Shown here in pieces: positions 29,401 to 42,000 of a stretch of DNA of 64,000 nucleotides. The notes under the pieces are model-generated. The model was not told the DNA's origin and did not search any database. It saw only the letters and a program-made list of their open reading frames with translations. The stretch comes from Nemertoderma westbladi. Lineage: Eukaryota > Animalia > Xenacoelomorpha. Each line of letters opens with the position of its first letter. Position 1 is the stretch's first letter. The position numbers were made by a program, and so were the translations under genes. Location of the stretch: NCBI GenBank assembly GCA_032718475.1, contig JAUCBJ010006783.1, positions 1 through 64,000 of the forward strand, written 5' to 3'.

Positions 29401-31334
29401 GGGTGGGCTCACTAGAGTAGTCTGGTTGGGTGGGCTCACTAGAGTAGTCTGGTTGGGTGGGTCCACTAGAGTAGTCTGGTTGGGTGGGCTCACTAGAGTA
29501 GTCTGGTTGGGTGGGCTCACTAGAGTAGTCTGGTTGGGTGGGTCCACTAGAGTAGTCTGGTTGGGTGGGCTCACTAGAGTAGTCTGGTTGGGTGGGTCCA
29601 CTAGAGTAGTCTGGTTGGGTGGGCTCACTAGAGTAGTCTGGTTGTGTGGGCTCACTAGAGTAGTCTGGTTAGGTGGGCTCACTAGAGTAGTCTGGTTGTG
29701 TGGGCTCACTAGAGTAGTCTGGTTGGGTGGGCTCACTAGAGTAGTCTGGTTGGGTGGGCTCTCTAGAGTAGTCTGGTTAGGTGGGCTCACTAGAGTAGTC
29801 TGGTTGGGTGGGTCCACTAGAGTAGTCTGGTTGGGTGGGCTCACTAGAGTAGTCTGGTTGGGTGGGCTCATTAGAGTAGTCTGGTTGGGTGGGTCCACTA
29901 GAGTAGTCTGGTTGGGTGGGCTCACTAGAGTAGTCTGGTTGGGTGGGTCCACTAGAGTAGTCTGGTTGGGTGGGCTCACTAGAGTAGTCTGGTTGGGTGG
30001 GCTCACTAGAGTAGTCTGGTTGGTTGGGCTCACTAGAGTAGTCTGGTTGTGTGGGCTCACTAAGAGTAGTCTGGTTGGGTGCGCTCACTAAAGTAGTCGG
30101 GTTGGGTGGGCTCACTAGAGTAGTCTGGTTGGGTGGGCTCACTAGAGTAGTCTGGTTGGGTGGGCTCACTAGAGTAGTCTGGTTGGGTGGGTCCACTAGA
30201 GTAGTCTGGTTGGGTGGGCTCACTAGAGTAGTCTGTTTGGGTGGGCTCACTAGAGTAGTCTGGTTGGGTGGGTCCACTAGAGTAGTCTGGTTGGTTGGGC
30301 TCACTAGAGTAGTCTGGTTGGGTGGGCTCACTAGAGTAGTCTGGTTGGGTGGGCTCATTAGAGTAGTCTGGTTGGGTGGACTCACTAGAGTAGTCTGGTT
30401 TGGTGAGCTCACAGAGTAGTCTGGTTGGGTGGGCTGACTACAGAGTAGTCTGGTTGGGTGGGCTCACTAGAGCAATCTGGTTGGGTGGGCTCACTACAGT
30501 AGTCTGGTTGGGTGGGCTCACTAGAGTAGTCTGGTTGGTTGGGTGGGTTTACTAGAGTAGTCTGGTTGGGTGGGCTCACTAGAGTAGTCTGGTTGGGTGG
30601 GCTCACTATAGAGTAATCGGTTGGGTGGGCTCACTAGAGTAGTCTGGTTGGGTGGGCTCACTAGAGTAGTCTGGTTGTGTGGGCTCACTAGAGTAGTCTG
30701 GTTGGGTGGGCTCACTAGAGTAGTCTGGTTGGGTGGGCTCACTAGAGTAGTCTGGTTGGTTGGGCTCACTAGAGTAGTCTGGTTGTGTGGGCTCACTAGA
30801 GTAGTCTGGTTGGGTGGGCTCACTAGAGTAGTCTGGTTGGGTGGGCTCACTAGAGTAGTCTGGTTGGGTGGGCTCACTAGAGTAGTCTGGTTGGGTGGGC
30901 TCACTAGAGTAGTCTGGTTGGGTGGGCTCACTAGAGTAGTCTGGTTGTGTGGGCTCACTAGAGTAGTCTGGTTGGGTGGGCTCACTAGAGTAGTCTGGTT
31001 GGGTGGGCTCACTAGAGTAGTCTGGTTGGTTGGGCTCACTAGAGTAGTCTGGTTGTGTGGGCTCACTAAGAGTAGTCTGGTTGGGTGCGCTCACTAAAGT
31101 AGTCGGGTTGGGTGGGCTCACTAGAGTAGTCTGGTTGGGTGGGCTCACTAGAGTAGTCTGGTTGGGTGGGCTCACTAGAGTAGTCTGGTTGGGTGGGTCC
31201 ACTAGAGTAGTCTGGTTGGGTGGGCTCACTAGAGTAGTCTGGTTGGGTGGGCTCACTAGAGTAGTCTGGTTGGGTGGGTCCACTAGAGTAGTCTGGTTGG
31301 TTGGGCTCACTAGAGTAGTCTGGTTGGGTGGGCT
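20430..31334. repeat. 27-bp G-rich tandem satellite (CTCACTAGAGTAGTCTGGTTGGGTGGG)n, left part, about 400 units
   Basis: Directly visible, with recurring variant units forming higher-order repeats. Confidence 0.99.
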
Positions 31335-31588
31335 TGTTGAAAGTGTACGATTAAATAATGTACTCTAAGGTGGGCGGGAAATTCAAAACTGTCCTTTTGA
31401 CTATGATCTATATATGACTGGATTATACCGTACCGGTCCGGTTTTGTTCTATAACTTTTGTACTTTGTCTGCAGTACCTTCCATGTAATGGTTCTGCATT
31501 ATGTACAATATACTGTAACCCTACAATAAACTGCTGGTGTATGTAATCCCAATATTTCCCTATTTGTTCTGCCGGATAAAATTCAACA
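31335..31588 (+). repeat. Copia copy 1 5' LTR
   Basis: TGTTGAAAG...ATTCAACA, identical by eye to 35759-36012, AATAAA at 31525-31530. Confidence 0.98.
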
Positions 31589-31602
31589 GGTTATGGGCCC
31601 AG
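31589..31602 (+). promoter_or_regulatory. Primer-binding site GGTTATGGGCCCAG (internal initiator tRNA-Met fragment priming, Drosophila copia type)
   Basis: Abuts the 5' LTR and lacks the TGG start of 3'-end PBSs. Same motif as the Drosophila copia PBS. Confidence 0.88.
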
Positions 31603-31704
31603 GCTGCTAAACCACTACCGGGAATAAAATTAGTGCAGGGAAGTTTCAAATATTGGGATAGGTAAATTACCCAGTAAAAGCTGTAACAAACTCGCATTTT
31701 GAGA

Positions 31705-34700
31705 ATGTCGGAGGTAACCATAAAGGATGAATTTCGCATTGCTAAATTCAATGGCGAAAACTACCACGACTGGAAATTCCAAATGGAACTATTGTTGATA
31801 GCTAAGGATTTATGGGGTTATGCGGACGGTACCGAGGTTCTGGATCCGGCTGCCGAGGATGCTAGGCGTACAGCATTTAGGCGAGGCGACAATCGAGCAA
31901 GGGCGATTATTTGCCTAAACATGGAAACTGATCAACAGGTTTATGTCCGGAATGCTACGACTGCCAAGGAGGCATGGACAAGCCTAAGGGATCATTTCGA
32001 AAAGACTACGTTGGCACATGTGGTCATGTATAGGCGTCGATTGTACAATTTAATACTGAAGGAAGGCGATTCAGTATTAACGCATGTGAATGAGATTAGA
32101 AAACTCTCAGATCATTTACGGGAAATAGGCGATCCCGTACAGGAGCGGGACTTGATTGTTATTCTGTTGTCTAGTCTTCCACCATTATTCGCGAGTCTGG
32201 TAACGTCACTTGAAGGTTCAGACTTGGATACACTGACCTGGGGATCAGTTCGCGATCGGTGTCTGCATGAGGAAGAGAAAAGTAAACAGTTTATTAATCG
32301 AGATAAACTGACTGAAAATGCCTTCACAGCATCTGCTGGTGGAAGTTCGACAAAGAAAAGTCCAATGTTTAAAAGCCCCAGTAGCAGTAGCCACAATAAA
32401 AAATCTGGAGGTGGGGATAAACCTGGTAAATGCTATAATTGCGGTAATAAGGGGCACTGGAAACGTGACTGCTATAAGCCACCAAAATTTGGTCAAAAGG
32501 GTAAACAGTCAAGTTTGGGACAAAATGAACATGCCGAGGTTGCAGAGGAAAATGGTATGGAGTGCGGCATTGCTCTGATTACCTCAATGACAGGAACTGC
32601 AGATTGGTGTATAGATTCCGGAGCATCACAGCATATGACATTTGATAAATCGAAATATAATTCATTCAAGGAGTTGGAGCCACCACGTCCAATTCTGCTG
32701 GGCGATAATCGGGTTGTTAATGCTGTTGGAACAGGAAATATACACATAGAGGTCGCTGTTGAGGGTAAATTGCGCTCTATTACTTTAAAAGATGTGTTGT
32801 ACCTACCTGAGCTTAGGAGAAACTTATTTTCTGTACGTGCTGCTAATAAAGCTGCTAAAGGTGTGGAAGTCATATTCACCAATGACGAATGTATAGTGAT
32901 GGTAAATGGCTGTAAAGAAATCATTGGAAAACTCAATGGTAAACTCTACCAATTCCATGAGAATGATTATTTGAATATCGCAGCTGAGAAAGTTGATATA
33001 AATTTGTGGCACCAGCGATATGGACATTTAAATTATGATAGTTTAAAACAACTAATAAATAAGAACATGATTTCCGGAATGAAGATGGCTGGAGAAAATG
33101 ATAAGCTATGCGAGTCTTGTATAATTGGGAAACACCATCGATTACCATTTCCTACCAAGGAAGCTGAATCCAAGGAACGTGAAATACTGGAGCTAGTGCA
33201 TAGTGACGTATGTGGACCGTTGCCGACTGAATCCATAGGGGGGTCTCGATATTTTGTCACATTTACCGATGACCGATCTCGATACATAATGGAATTCTGT
33301 ATACGAAATAAGAGCAGTGTATTTGAGAAGTTCAAAGAATATGTAGCTACTGCTGAAAATGCTACAGGAAAAAGGGTAAAAATTCTCAGAAGTGACAATG
33401 GTGGGGAATACACATCAAATGAATTCAATAATTATTGTTCGGAACGAGGTATTCAACGAGAATTCAGTGTACCACATACTCCACAGCAGAATGGGATAGC
33501 TGAAAGGCTAAATCGAACACTAATGGAAAGTGTAAGATCAATGCTCCATAACTCTTCATTGCCTAAGTGTTTCTGGGCGGAAGCCGTCAGTACGGCCGTA
33601 TACTTAAGGAATCGGAGTCCAACGTCAGTTATTAGAGGAAAGACTCCATATGAAGTTTGGCATGACCACAAACCAGACGTAAGTAATCTGCGAGTATTTG
33701 GTTGTGATGCTTACATTCATATCCCTGATAAGACAAGGAAGAAATTGGATGCAAAATCCATTCGGTGCAGATTCGTTGGTTACTGCAACGAACATAAAGG
33801 TTACAAATTCTTCTGTCCAGAATCTAAGAAGATGTTGGTTAGTAGAGATGTAAAGTTTATTGAGAATAACTTTGCGAAAACTGCAAAGGAGGTGTACGAT
33901 GAATTAGGTGATAGTCATGTATTCAGTATCCCACAGAATACTGAAACTAGAGATCCAGTGGGAGCCCAGCATCTGTATGGTGATGATGGCCATAATGTAG
34001 TGGCTGGAGGGGCCCCAATAGAGATTAATAGATATCCGCGCCGTGAACATAGAGAGCCGGAATCGGATCCAGGGGTCATTCGGGGAAACTGGTGGGAAAC
34101 ACGTGATTGGCGACACGACCTAATACCTCAAGCTTCAGACAATGCAGAATTCGCCATGATAATCGAGTCGGACGAGCCACGAACCTACGATGAGGCTTCA
34201 CAGGGTCCATATAATAAACAATGGAAGGAAGCAATGGACAATGAAATAAACTCACTGACTGAAAATAATACGTGGAATTTGGTAGAACTACCAAATGACA
34301 AGAATCTCGTAGGGAGCAAATGGACCTACAAGATTAAACGGGATAGCAAAGGGAATGTCAGTAGATTCAAGGCACGATTGGTAGCTCAGGGCTACTCACA
34401 GAAACAAGGAATTGATTTTAAAGAAGTATTTGCCCCTGTTGCACGCTACAGTTCAATTCGACTTCTATTAGCTATTACGAATGAACTTAACCTGGATGTG
34501 CACCAGTTAGATGTCAAGACGGCTTTTTTAAATGGGGTGATTGATTCAAATATATACATGAAGCAACCACAGGGATACATAGATAAGGAATACCCTAACT
34601 CTGTTTGTAAACTAAATAGAAGTATATATGGGTTGAAACAATCAGCACGTCTCTGGAATAGGAGACTTGATAAAGTCCTTAAAGGAGAGGGTTACAGACA

Positions 34701-35730
34701 ATCGGGGGCTGATAACTGTATTTATGTTAAGAAAGTAGATAACAGATTCATCCTATTGTCAGTATACGTGGATGACTTGATTATTGCATCAAATTGCATC
34801 GATCTACTCAATGAAGAGAAAACACTATTGATGTCAAAGTTTCAGATGACTGATCAAGGTGAGATAGAATATATACTAGGAATGGTTATCACAAGGAATC
34901 GTCAATCAAAGGAAATGTCAATTTCTCAGAGTCAATACCTGAAAGACATCTTGTACCGCTTTGGGATGGACTGTTGTAATCCAGTGTCAACTCCTATGGA
35001 AGTTAATGCGAAGTTTGATAAACTCGCAGATGATGATGAGGGTATCGATACTGCACTGTACCAAGCAGTTATTGGAAGCTTGCTATATGCCGCGATTGGA
35101 ACTAGACCAGATATTGCTCAGGCTGTGGGCGTTTTATCTCATTTTGTATCTAAACCTGGAGCGACACACTGGGCAGGCATCAAGCGTTTACTACGATACA
35201 TAAAGGGGACAGTGGATTACGGAATCAAATTCGTTGGAAACGACAATGGACTATTGGTCGGATATTGTGATTCTGACTGGGCTGGGGACGAGTCAAATCG
35301 CAAATCCACATCTGGTTATGTGTTTACATTCAATGGAGGGGCCATAAGTTGGCAAAGTAAACAACAACCTGTTGTTGCGTTATCAACCACTGAGGCTGAA
35401 TACATTGCTCTAACTTCAGCATGCCAAGAATACATCTGGTTGAGCAGATTGCTGGCTGATATTGGGATGGCTCATCTCAATAGCGGAACTATATATGAGG
35501 ATAACCAGGGGGCGATTGCGTTGGCTAAGAATCCAATTCAACATCGTCGAACGAAGCACATAGATATCCGCTACCACTTCATCAGGGAGAAGATCGAGAA
35601 TGGTGAAGTGGATATTAAATACTGCCCAACTCAAAACATGATGGCTGATATTCTCACAAAGGGACTAGCACGGGAGAAATTCTTAGGATTACGCCATAAA
35701 CTGGGTGTAATGAACCAAATAGTTCCCTAA
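31705..35730 (+). CDS. Copia Gag-Pol polyprotein (Gag, CCHC knuckle, protease, integrase, RT, RNase H)
   Basis: CYNCGNKGHWKRDC, WCIDSGAS, LWHQRYGH, HSDVCGP/RSDNGGEY, YVDD, YCDSDWAG, ADILTK in copia order (IN before RT). First ATG is at 31705. Confidence 0.98.
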   Translation: MSEVTIKDEFRIAKFNGENYHDWKFQMELLLIAKDLWGYADGTEVLDPAAEDARRTAFRRGDNRARAIICLNMETDQQVYVRNATTAKEAWTSLRDHFEKTTLAHVVMYRRRLYNLILKEGDSVLTHVNEIRKLSDHLREIGDPVQERDLIVILLSSLPPLFASLVTSLEGSDLDTLTWGSVRDRCLHEEEKSKQFINRDKLTENAFTASAGGSSTKKSPMFKSPSSSSHNKKSGGGDKPGKCYNCGNKGHWKRDCYKPPKFGQKGKQSSLGQNEHAEVAEENGMECGIALITSMTGTADWCIDSGASQHMTFDKSKYNSFKELEPPRPILLGDNRVVNAVGTGNIHIEVAVEGKLRSITLKDVLYLPELRRNLFSVRAANKAAKGVEVIFTNDECIVMVNGCKEIIGKLNGKLYQFHENDYLNIAAEKVDINLWHQRYGHLNYDSLKQLINKNMISGMKMAGENDKLCESCIIGKHHRLPFPTKEAESKEREILELVHSDVCGPLPTESIGGSRYFVTFTDDRSRYIMEFCIRNKSSVFEKFKEYVATAENATGKRVKILRSDNGGEYTSNEFNNYCSERGIQREFSVPHTPQQNGIAERLNRTLMESVRSMLHNSSLPKCFWAEAVSTAVYLRNRSPTSVIRGKTPYEVWHDHKPDVSNLRVFGCDAYIHIPDKTRKKLDAKSIRCRFVGYCNEHKGYKFFCPESKKMLVSRDVKFIENNFAKTAKEVYDELGDSHVFSIPQNTETRDPVGAQHLYGDDGHNVVAGGAPIEINRYPRREHREPESDPGVIRGNWWETRDWRHDLIPQASDNAEFAMIIESDEPRTYDEASQGPYNKQWKEAMDNEINSLTENNTWNLVELPNDKNLVGSKWTYKIKRDSKGNVSRFKARLVAQGYSQKQGIDFKEVFAPVARYSSIRLLLAITNELNLDVHQLDVKTAFLNGVIDSNIYMKQPQGYIDKEYPNSVCKLNRSIYGLKQSARLWNRRLDKVLKGEGYRQSGADNCIYVKKVDNRFILLSVYVDDLIIASNCIDLLNEEKTLLMSKFQMTDQGEIEYILGMVITRNRQSKEMSISQSQYLKDILYRFGMDCCNPVSTPMEVNAKFDKLADDDEGIDTALYQAVIGSLLYAAIGTRPDIAQAVGVLSHFVSKPGATHWAGIKRLLRYIKGTVDYGIKFVGNDNGLLVGYCDSDWAGDESNRKSTSGYVFTFNGGAISWQSKQQPVVALSTTEAEYIALTSACQEYIWLSRLLADIGMAHLNSGTIYEDNQGAIALAKNPIQHRRTKHIDIRYHFIREKIENGEVDIKYCPTQNMMADILTKGLAREKFLGLRHKLGVMNQIVP

Positions 35731-35758
35731 CTCACGAGATAATTGAATCGAGTGGGAG

Positions 35759-36012
35759 TGTTGAAAGTGTACGATTAAATAATGTACTCTAAGGTGGGCG
35801 GGAAATTCAAAACTGTCCTTTTGACTATGATCTATATATGACTGGATTATACCGTACCGGTCCGGTTTTGTTCTATAACTTTTGTACTTTGTCTGCAGTA
35901 CCTTCCATGTAATGGTTCTGCATTATGTACAATATACTGTAACCCTACAATAAACTGCTGGTGTATGTAATCCCAATATTTCCCTATTTGTTCTGCCGGA
36001 TAAAATTCAACA
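35759..36012 (+). repeat. Copia copy 1 3' LTR
   Basis: Direct repeat of 31335-31588, AATAAA at 35949-35954. Confidence 0.98.
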
Positions 36013-39000
36013 GGGCTCACTAGAGTAGTCTGGTTGGGTGGGCTCATTAGAGTAGTCTGGTTGGGTGGACTCACTAGAGTAGTCTGGTTTGGTGAGCTCA
36101 CAGAGTAGTCTGGTTGGGTGGGCTGACTACAGAGTAGTCTGGTTGGGTGGGCTCACTAGAGCAATCTGGTTGGGTGGGCTCACTACAGTAGTCTGGTTGG
36201 GTGGGCTCACTAGAGTAGTCTGGTTGGTTGGGTGGGTTTACTAGAGTAGTCTGGTTGGGTGGGCTCACTAGAGTAGTCTGGTTGGGTGGGCTCACTATAG
36301 AGTAATCGGTTGGGTGGGCTCACTAGAGTAGTCTGTTGGGTGGGCTCACTAGAGTAGTCTGGTTGTGTGTGCTCACTAGAGTAGTCTGGTTGGGTGGGCT
36401 CACTAGAGTAGTCTGGTTGGGTGGGCTCACTAGAGTAGTCGGCTGGGTGGGCTCACTAGAGTAGTCTGGTTGTGTGGGCTCACTAGAGTAGTCTAGTTGG
36501 GTGGGCTCACTAGAGTAGTCTGGTTGGGTGGGCTCACTAGAGTAGTCTGGTTGGGTGGGCTCACTAGATTAGTTTGGTTGGGTGGGCTCACTAGAGTAGT
36601 CTGGTTGGGTGGGCTCACAGAGTAGTCTGGTTGGGTGGGCTCACTACAGAGTAGTCTGGTTGGGTGGGCTCACTAGAGCAATCTGGTTGGGTGGGCTCAC
36701 TAGAATAGTCTGGTTGCGTGGGCTCACTAGAGTAGTCTGGTTAGGTGGGCTCACTAGAGTAGTCTGGTTGTGTGGGCTCACTAGAGTAGTCTGGTTGGGT
36801 GGGCTCACTAGAGTAGTCTGGTTGGGTGGGCTCACTAGAGTAGTCTGGTTGGGTGGGCTCACTAGAGTAGTCTGGTTGGGTGGGCTCACTAGAGTAGTCT
36901 GGTTGGGTGGGTCCACTAGAGTAGTCTGGTTGGGTGGGCTCACTAGAGTAGTCTGGTTGGGTGGGCTCACTAGAGTAGTCTGGTTGGGTGGGTCCACTAG
37001 AGTAGTCTGGTTGGGTGGGCTCACTAGAGTAGTCTGTTTGGGTGGGTCCACTAGAGTAGTCTGGTTTGGTGGGTGGGTTCACTAGAGTAGTCTGGTTGGG
37101 TGGGCTCACTAGAGTAGTCTGGTTGGGTGGGCTCACTAGAGTAGTCTGGTTAGGTGGGCTCACTAGAGTAGTATGGTTGGGTGGGTCCACTAGAGTAGTC
37201 TGGTTGGGTGGGCTCACTAGAGTAGTCTGGTTGGGTGGGCTCACTAGAGTAGTCTGGTTGGGTGGGTCCACTAGAGTAGTCTGGTTGGGTGGGCTCACTA
37301 GAGTAGTCTGGTTGGGTGAGTCCACTAGAGTAGTCTGGTTGGGTGGGCTCACTAGAGTAGTCTGGTTGGGTGGGCTCACTAGAGTAGTCTGGTTGGTTGG
37401 GCTCACTAGAGTAGTCTGGTTGTGTGGGCTCACTAAGAGTAGTCTGGTTGGGTGCGCTCACTAAAGTAGTCGGGTTGGGTGGGCTCACTAGAGTAGTCTG
37501 GTTGGGTGGGCTCACTAGAGTAGTCTGGTTGGGTGGGCTCACTAGAGTAGTCTGGTTGGGTGGGTCCACTAGAGTAGTCTGGTTGGGTGGGCTCACTAGA
37601 GTAGTGTGTTTGGGTGGGCTCACTAGAGTAGTCTGGTTGGGTGGGTCCACTAGAGTAGTCTGGTTGGTTGGGCTCACTAGAGAAGTCTGGTTGGGTGGGC
37701 TCACTAGAGTAGTCTGGTTGGGTGGGCTCACTAGAGTAGTCTGGTTGGGTGGGTCCACTAGAGTAGTCTGGTTGGGTGGGCTCACTAGAGTAGTCTGGTT
37801 GGGTGGGCTCACTAGAGTAGTCTGGTTGGGTGGGTCCACTAGAGTAGTCTGGTTGGGTGGGCTCACTAGAGTAGTCTGGTTGGGTGGGTCCACTAGAGTA
37901 GTCTGGTTGGGTGGGCTCACTAGAGTAGTCTGGTTGGGTGGACTCACTAGAGTAGTCTGGTTTGGTGAGCTCACAGAGTAGTCTGGTTGGGTGGGCTCAC
38001 TACAGAGTAGTCTGGTTGGGTGGGCTCACTAGAGCAATCTGGTTGGGTGGACTCACTAGAGCAATCTGGTCGGGTGGGCTCACTGGAGTAGTCTGGTTGG
38101 GTGGGCTCACTAGATTAGTCTGGTTAGGTGGGCTCATTATAGTAGTCTGGTTGGGTGACTCACTAGAGTAGTCTGGTTGGGTGGGCTCACTAGAGTAGTC
38201 TGGTTGGGTGGGCTCACTAGAGTAGTCTGGTTGGGTGGGCTCCACTAGAGTAGTCTGGTTGGGTGGGCTCACTAGAGTAGTCTGGTTGGGTGGGTCCACT
38301 AGAGTAGTCTGGTTGGGTGGGCTCACTAGAGTAGTCTGGTTGGGTGGACTCACTAGAGTAGTCTGGTTTGGTGAGCTCACAGAGTAGTCTGGTTGGGTGG
38401 GCTCACTACAGAGTAGTCTGGTTGGGTGGGCTCACTATAGCAATCTGGTTGGGTGGACTCACTGGAGCAATCTGGTTGGGTGGGCTCACTAGAATAGTCT
38501 GGTTGCGTGGGCTCACTAGAGTAGTCTGGTTGGGTGGGCTCACTAGAGTAGTCTGGTTGGGTGGGTCCACTAGAGTAGTCTGGTTGGGTGGGCTCACTAG
38601 AGTAGTCTGGTTGGGTGGGTCCACTAGAGTAGTCTGGTTGGGTGGGCTCACTAGAGTAGTCTGGTTGGGTGGGCTCACTAGAGTAGTCTGGTTGGGTGGG
38701 CTCACAGAGTAGTCTGGTTGGGTGGGCTCACTACAGAGTAGTCTGGTTGGGTGGGCTCACTAGAGCAATCTGGTTGGGTGGGCTCACTAGAATAGTCTGG
38801 TTGCGTGGGCTCACTAGAGTAGTCTGGTTAGGTGGGCTCACTAGAGTAGTCTGGTTGTGTGGGCTCACTAGAGTAGTCTGGTTGGGTGGGCTCACTAGAG
38901 TAGTCTGGTTGGGTGCGCTCACTAAAGTAGTCGGGTTGGGTGGGCTCACTAGAGTAGTCTGGTTGGGTGGGCTCACTAGAGTAGTCTGGTTGGGTGGGCT

Positions 39001-42000
39001 CACTAGAGTAGTCTGGTTGGGTGGGTCCACTAGAGTAGTCTGGTTGGGTGGGCTCACTAGAGTAGTCTGTTTGGGTGGGCTCACTAGAGTAGTCTGGTTG
39101 GGTGGGTCCACTAGAGTAGTCTGGTTGGTTGGGCTCACTAGAGAAGTCTGGTTGGGTGGGCTCACTAGAGTAGTCTGGTTGGGTGGGCTCACTAGAGTAG
39201 TCTGGTTGGGTGGGTCCACTAGAGTAGTCTGGTTGGGTGGGCTCACTAGAGTAGTCTGGTTGGGTGGGCTCACTAGAGTAGTCTGGTTGGGTGGGTCCAC
39301 TAGAGTAGTCTGGTTGGGTGGGCTCACTAGAGTAGTCTGGTTGGGTGGGTCCACTAGAGTAGTCTGGTTGGGTGGGCTCACTAGAGTAGTCTGGTTGGGT
39401 GGACTCACTAGAGTAGTCTGGTTTGGTGAGCTCACAGAGTAGTCTGGTTGGGTGGGCTCACTACAGAGTAGTCTGGTTGGGTGGGCTCACTAGAGCAATC
39501 TGGTTGGGTGGACTCACTAGAGCAATCTGGTCGGGTGGGCTCACTAGAGTAGTCTGGTTGGGTGGGCTCACTAGATTAGTCTGGTTAGGTGGGCTCATTA
39601 TAGTAGTCTGGTTGGGTGACTCACTAGAGTAGTCTGGTTGGGTGGGCTCACTAGAGTAGTCTGGTTGGGTGGGCTCACTAGAGTAGTCTGGTTGGGTGGG
39701 TCCACTAGAGTAGTCTGGTTGGATGGGCTCACTAGAGTAGTCTGGTTGGGTGGGTCCACTAGAGTAGTCTGGTTGGGTGGGCTCACTAGAGTAGTCTGGT
39801 TGGGTGGACTCACTAGAGTAGTCTGGTTTGGTGAGCTCACAGAGTAGTCTGGTTGGGTGGGCTCACTACAGAGTAGTCTGGTTGGGTGGGCTCACTATAG
39901 CAATCTGGTTGGGTGGACTCACTGGAGCAATCTGGTTGGGTGGGCTCACTAGAATAGTCTGGTTGCGTGGGCTCACTAGAGTAGTCTGGTTGGGTGGGCT
40001 CACTAGAGTAGTCTGGTTGGGTGGGTCCACTAGAGTAGTCTGGTTGGGTGGGCTCACTAGAGTAGTGTGGTTGGGTGGGTCCACTAGAGTAGTCTGGTTG
40101 GGTGGGCTCACTAGAGTAGTCTGGTTGGGTGGGCTCACTAGAGTAGTCTGGTTGGGTGGGCTCACAGAGTAGTCTGGTTGGGTGGGCTCACTACAGAGTA
40201 GTCTGGTTGGGTGGGCTCACTAGAGCAATCTGGTTGGGTGGTCTCACTAGAATAGTCTGGTTGCGTGGGCTCACTAGAGTAGTCTGGTTAGGTGGGCTCA
40301 CTAGAGTAGTCTGGTTGTGTGGGCTCACTAGAGTAGTCTGGTTGGGTGGGCTCACTAGAGTAGTCTGGTTGGGTGGGCTCACTAGAGTAGTCTGGTTGGG
40401 TGGGCTCACTAGAGTAGTCTGGTTGGGTGGGCTCACTAGAGTAGTCTGGTTGGGTGGGTCCACTAGAGTAGTCTGGTTGGGTGGGCTCACTAGAGTAGTC
40501 TGGTTGGGTGGGCTCACTAGAGTAGTCTGGTTGGGTGGGTCCACTAGAGTAGTCTGGTTGGGTGGGCTCACTAGAGTAGTCTGTTTGGGTGGGTCCACTA
40601 GAGTAGTCTGGTTGGGTGGGTGGGTTCACTAGAGTAGTCTGGTTGGGTGGGCTCACTAGAGTAGCCTGGTTAGGTGGGCTCACTAGAGTAGTCTGGTTAG
40701 GTGGGCTCACTAGAGTAGTCTGGTTGGGTGGGTCCACTAGAGTAGTCTGGTTGGGTGGGCTCACTAGAGTAGTCTGGTTGGGTGGGCTCACTAGAGTAGT
40801 CTGGTTGGGTGGGTCCACTAGAGTAGTCTGGTTGGGTGGGCTCACTAGAGTAGTCTGGTTGGGTGGACTCACTAGAGTAGTCTGGTTTGGTGAGCTCACA
40901 GAGTAGTCTGGTTGGGTGGGCTCACTACAGAGTAGTCTGGTTGGGTGGGCTCACTAGAGCAATCTGGTTGGGTGGGCTCACTAGAATAGTCTGGTTGGGT
41001 GGGCTCACTAGAGCAATCTGGTTGGGTGGGCTCACTAGAATAGTCTGTTTGCGTGGGCTCACTAGAGTAGTCTGGTTAGGTGGGCTCACTAGAGTAGTCT
41101 GGTTGGGTGGGCTCACTAGAGTAGTCTGGTTGGGTGGGCTCACTAGAGTAGTCTGGTTGGGTGGGCTCACTAGAGTAGTCTGGTTGGGTGGGTCCACTAG
41201 AGTAGTCTGGTTGGGTGGGCTCACTAGAGTAGTCTGGTTGGGTGGGCTCACTAGAGTAGTCTGGTTGGGTGGGTCCACTAGAGTAGTCTGGTTGGGTGGG
41301 CTCACTAGAGGAGTCTGTTTGGGTGGGTCCACTAGAGTAGTCTGGTTGGGTGGGTGGGTTCACTAGAGTAGTCTGGTTGGGTGGGCTCACTAGAGTAGCC
41401 TGGTTAGGTGGGCTCACTAGAGTAGTCTGGTTAGGTGGGCTCACTAGAGTAGTCTGGTTGGGTGGGTCCACTAGAGTAGTCTGGTTGGGTGGGCTCACTA
41501 GAGTAGTCTGGTTGGGTGGGCTCACTAGAGTAGTCTGGCAGGGTGGGTCCACTAGAGTAGTCTGGTTGGGTGGGCTCACTAGAGTAGTCTGGTTGGGTGG
41601 GTCCACTAGAGTAGTCTGGTTGGGTGGGCTCACTAGAGTAGTCTGGTTGGGTGGGCTCACTAGAGTAGTCTGGTTGGTTGGGCTCACTAGAGTAGTCTGG
41701 TTGTGTGGGCTCACTAAGAGTAGTCTGGTTGGGTGCGCTCACTAAAGTAGTCGGGTTGGGTGGGCTCACTAGAGTAGTCTGGTTGGGTGGGCTCACTAGA
41801 GTAGTCTGGTTGGGTGGGCTCACTAGAGTAGTCTGGTTGGGTGGGTCCACTAGAGTAGTCTGGTTGGTTGGGCTCACTAGAGTAGTCTGTTTGGGTGGGC
41901 TCACTAGAGTAGTCTGGTTGGGTGGGTCCACTAGAGTAGTCTGGTTGGTTGGGCTCACTAGAGAAGTCTGGTTGGGTGGGCTCACTAGAGTAGTCTGGTT

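Larger units (their letters stand above)
31335..36012 (+). mobile_element. Full-length intact Ty1/copia LTR retrotransposon (copy 1, 4678 bp)
   Basis: 254-bp TG...CA LTRs, 5-bp TSD GGGCT (31330-31334 and 36013-36017), PBS, PPT GAGTGGGAG (35750-35758) and one uninterrupted polyprotein ORF. Confidence 0.99.
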
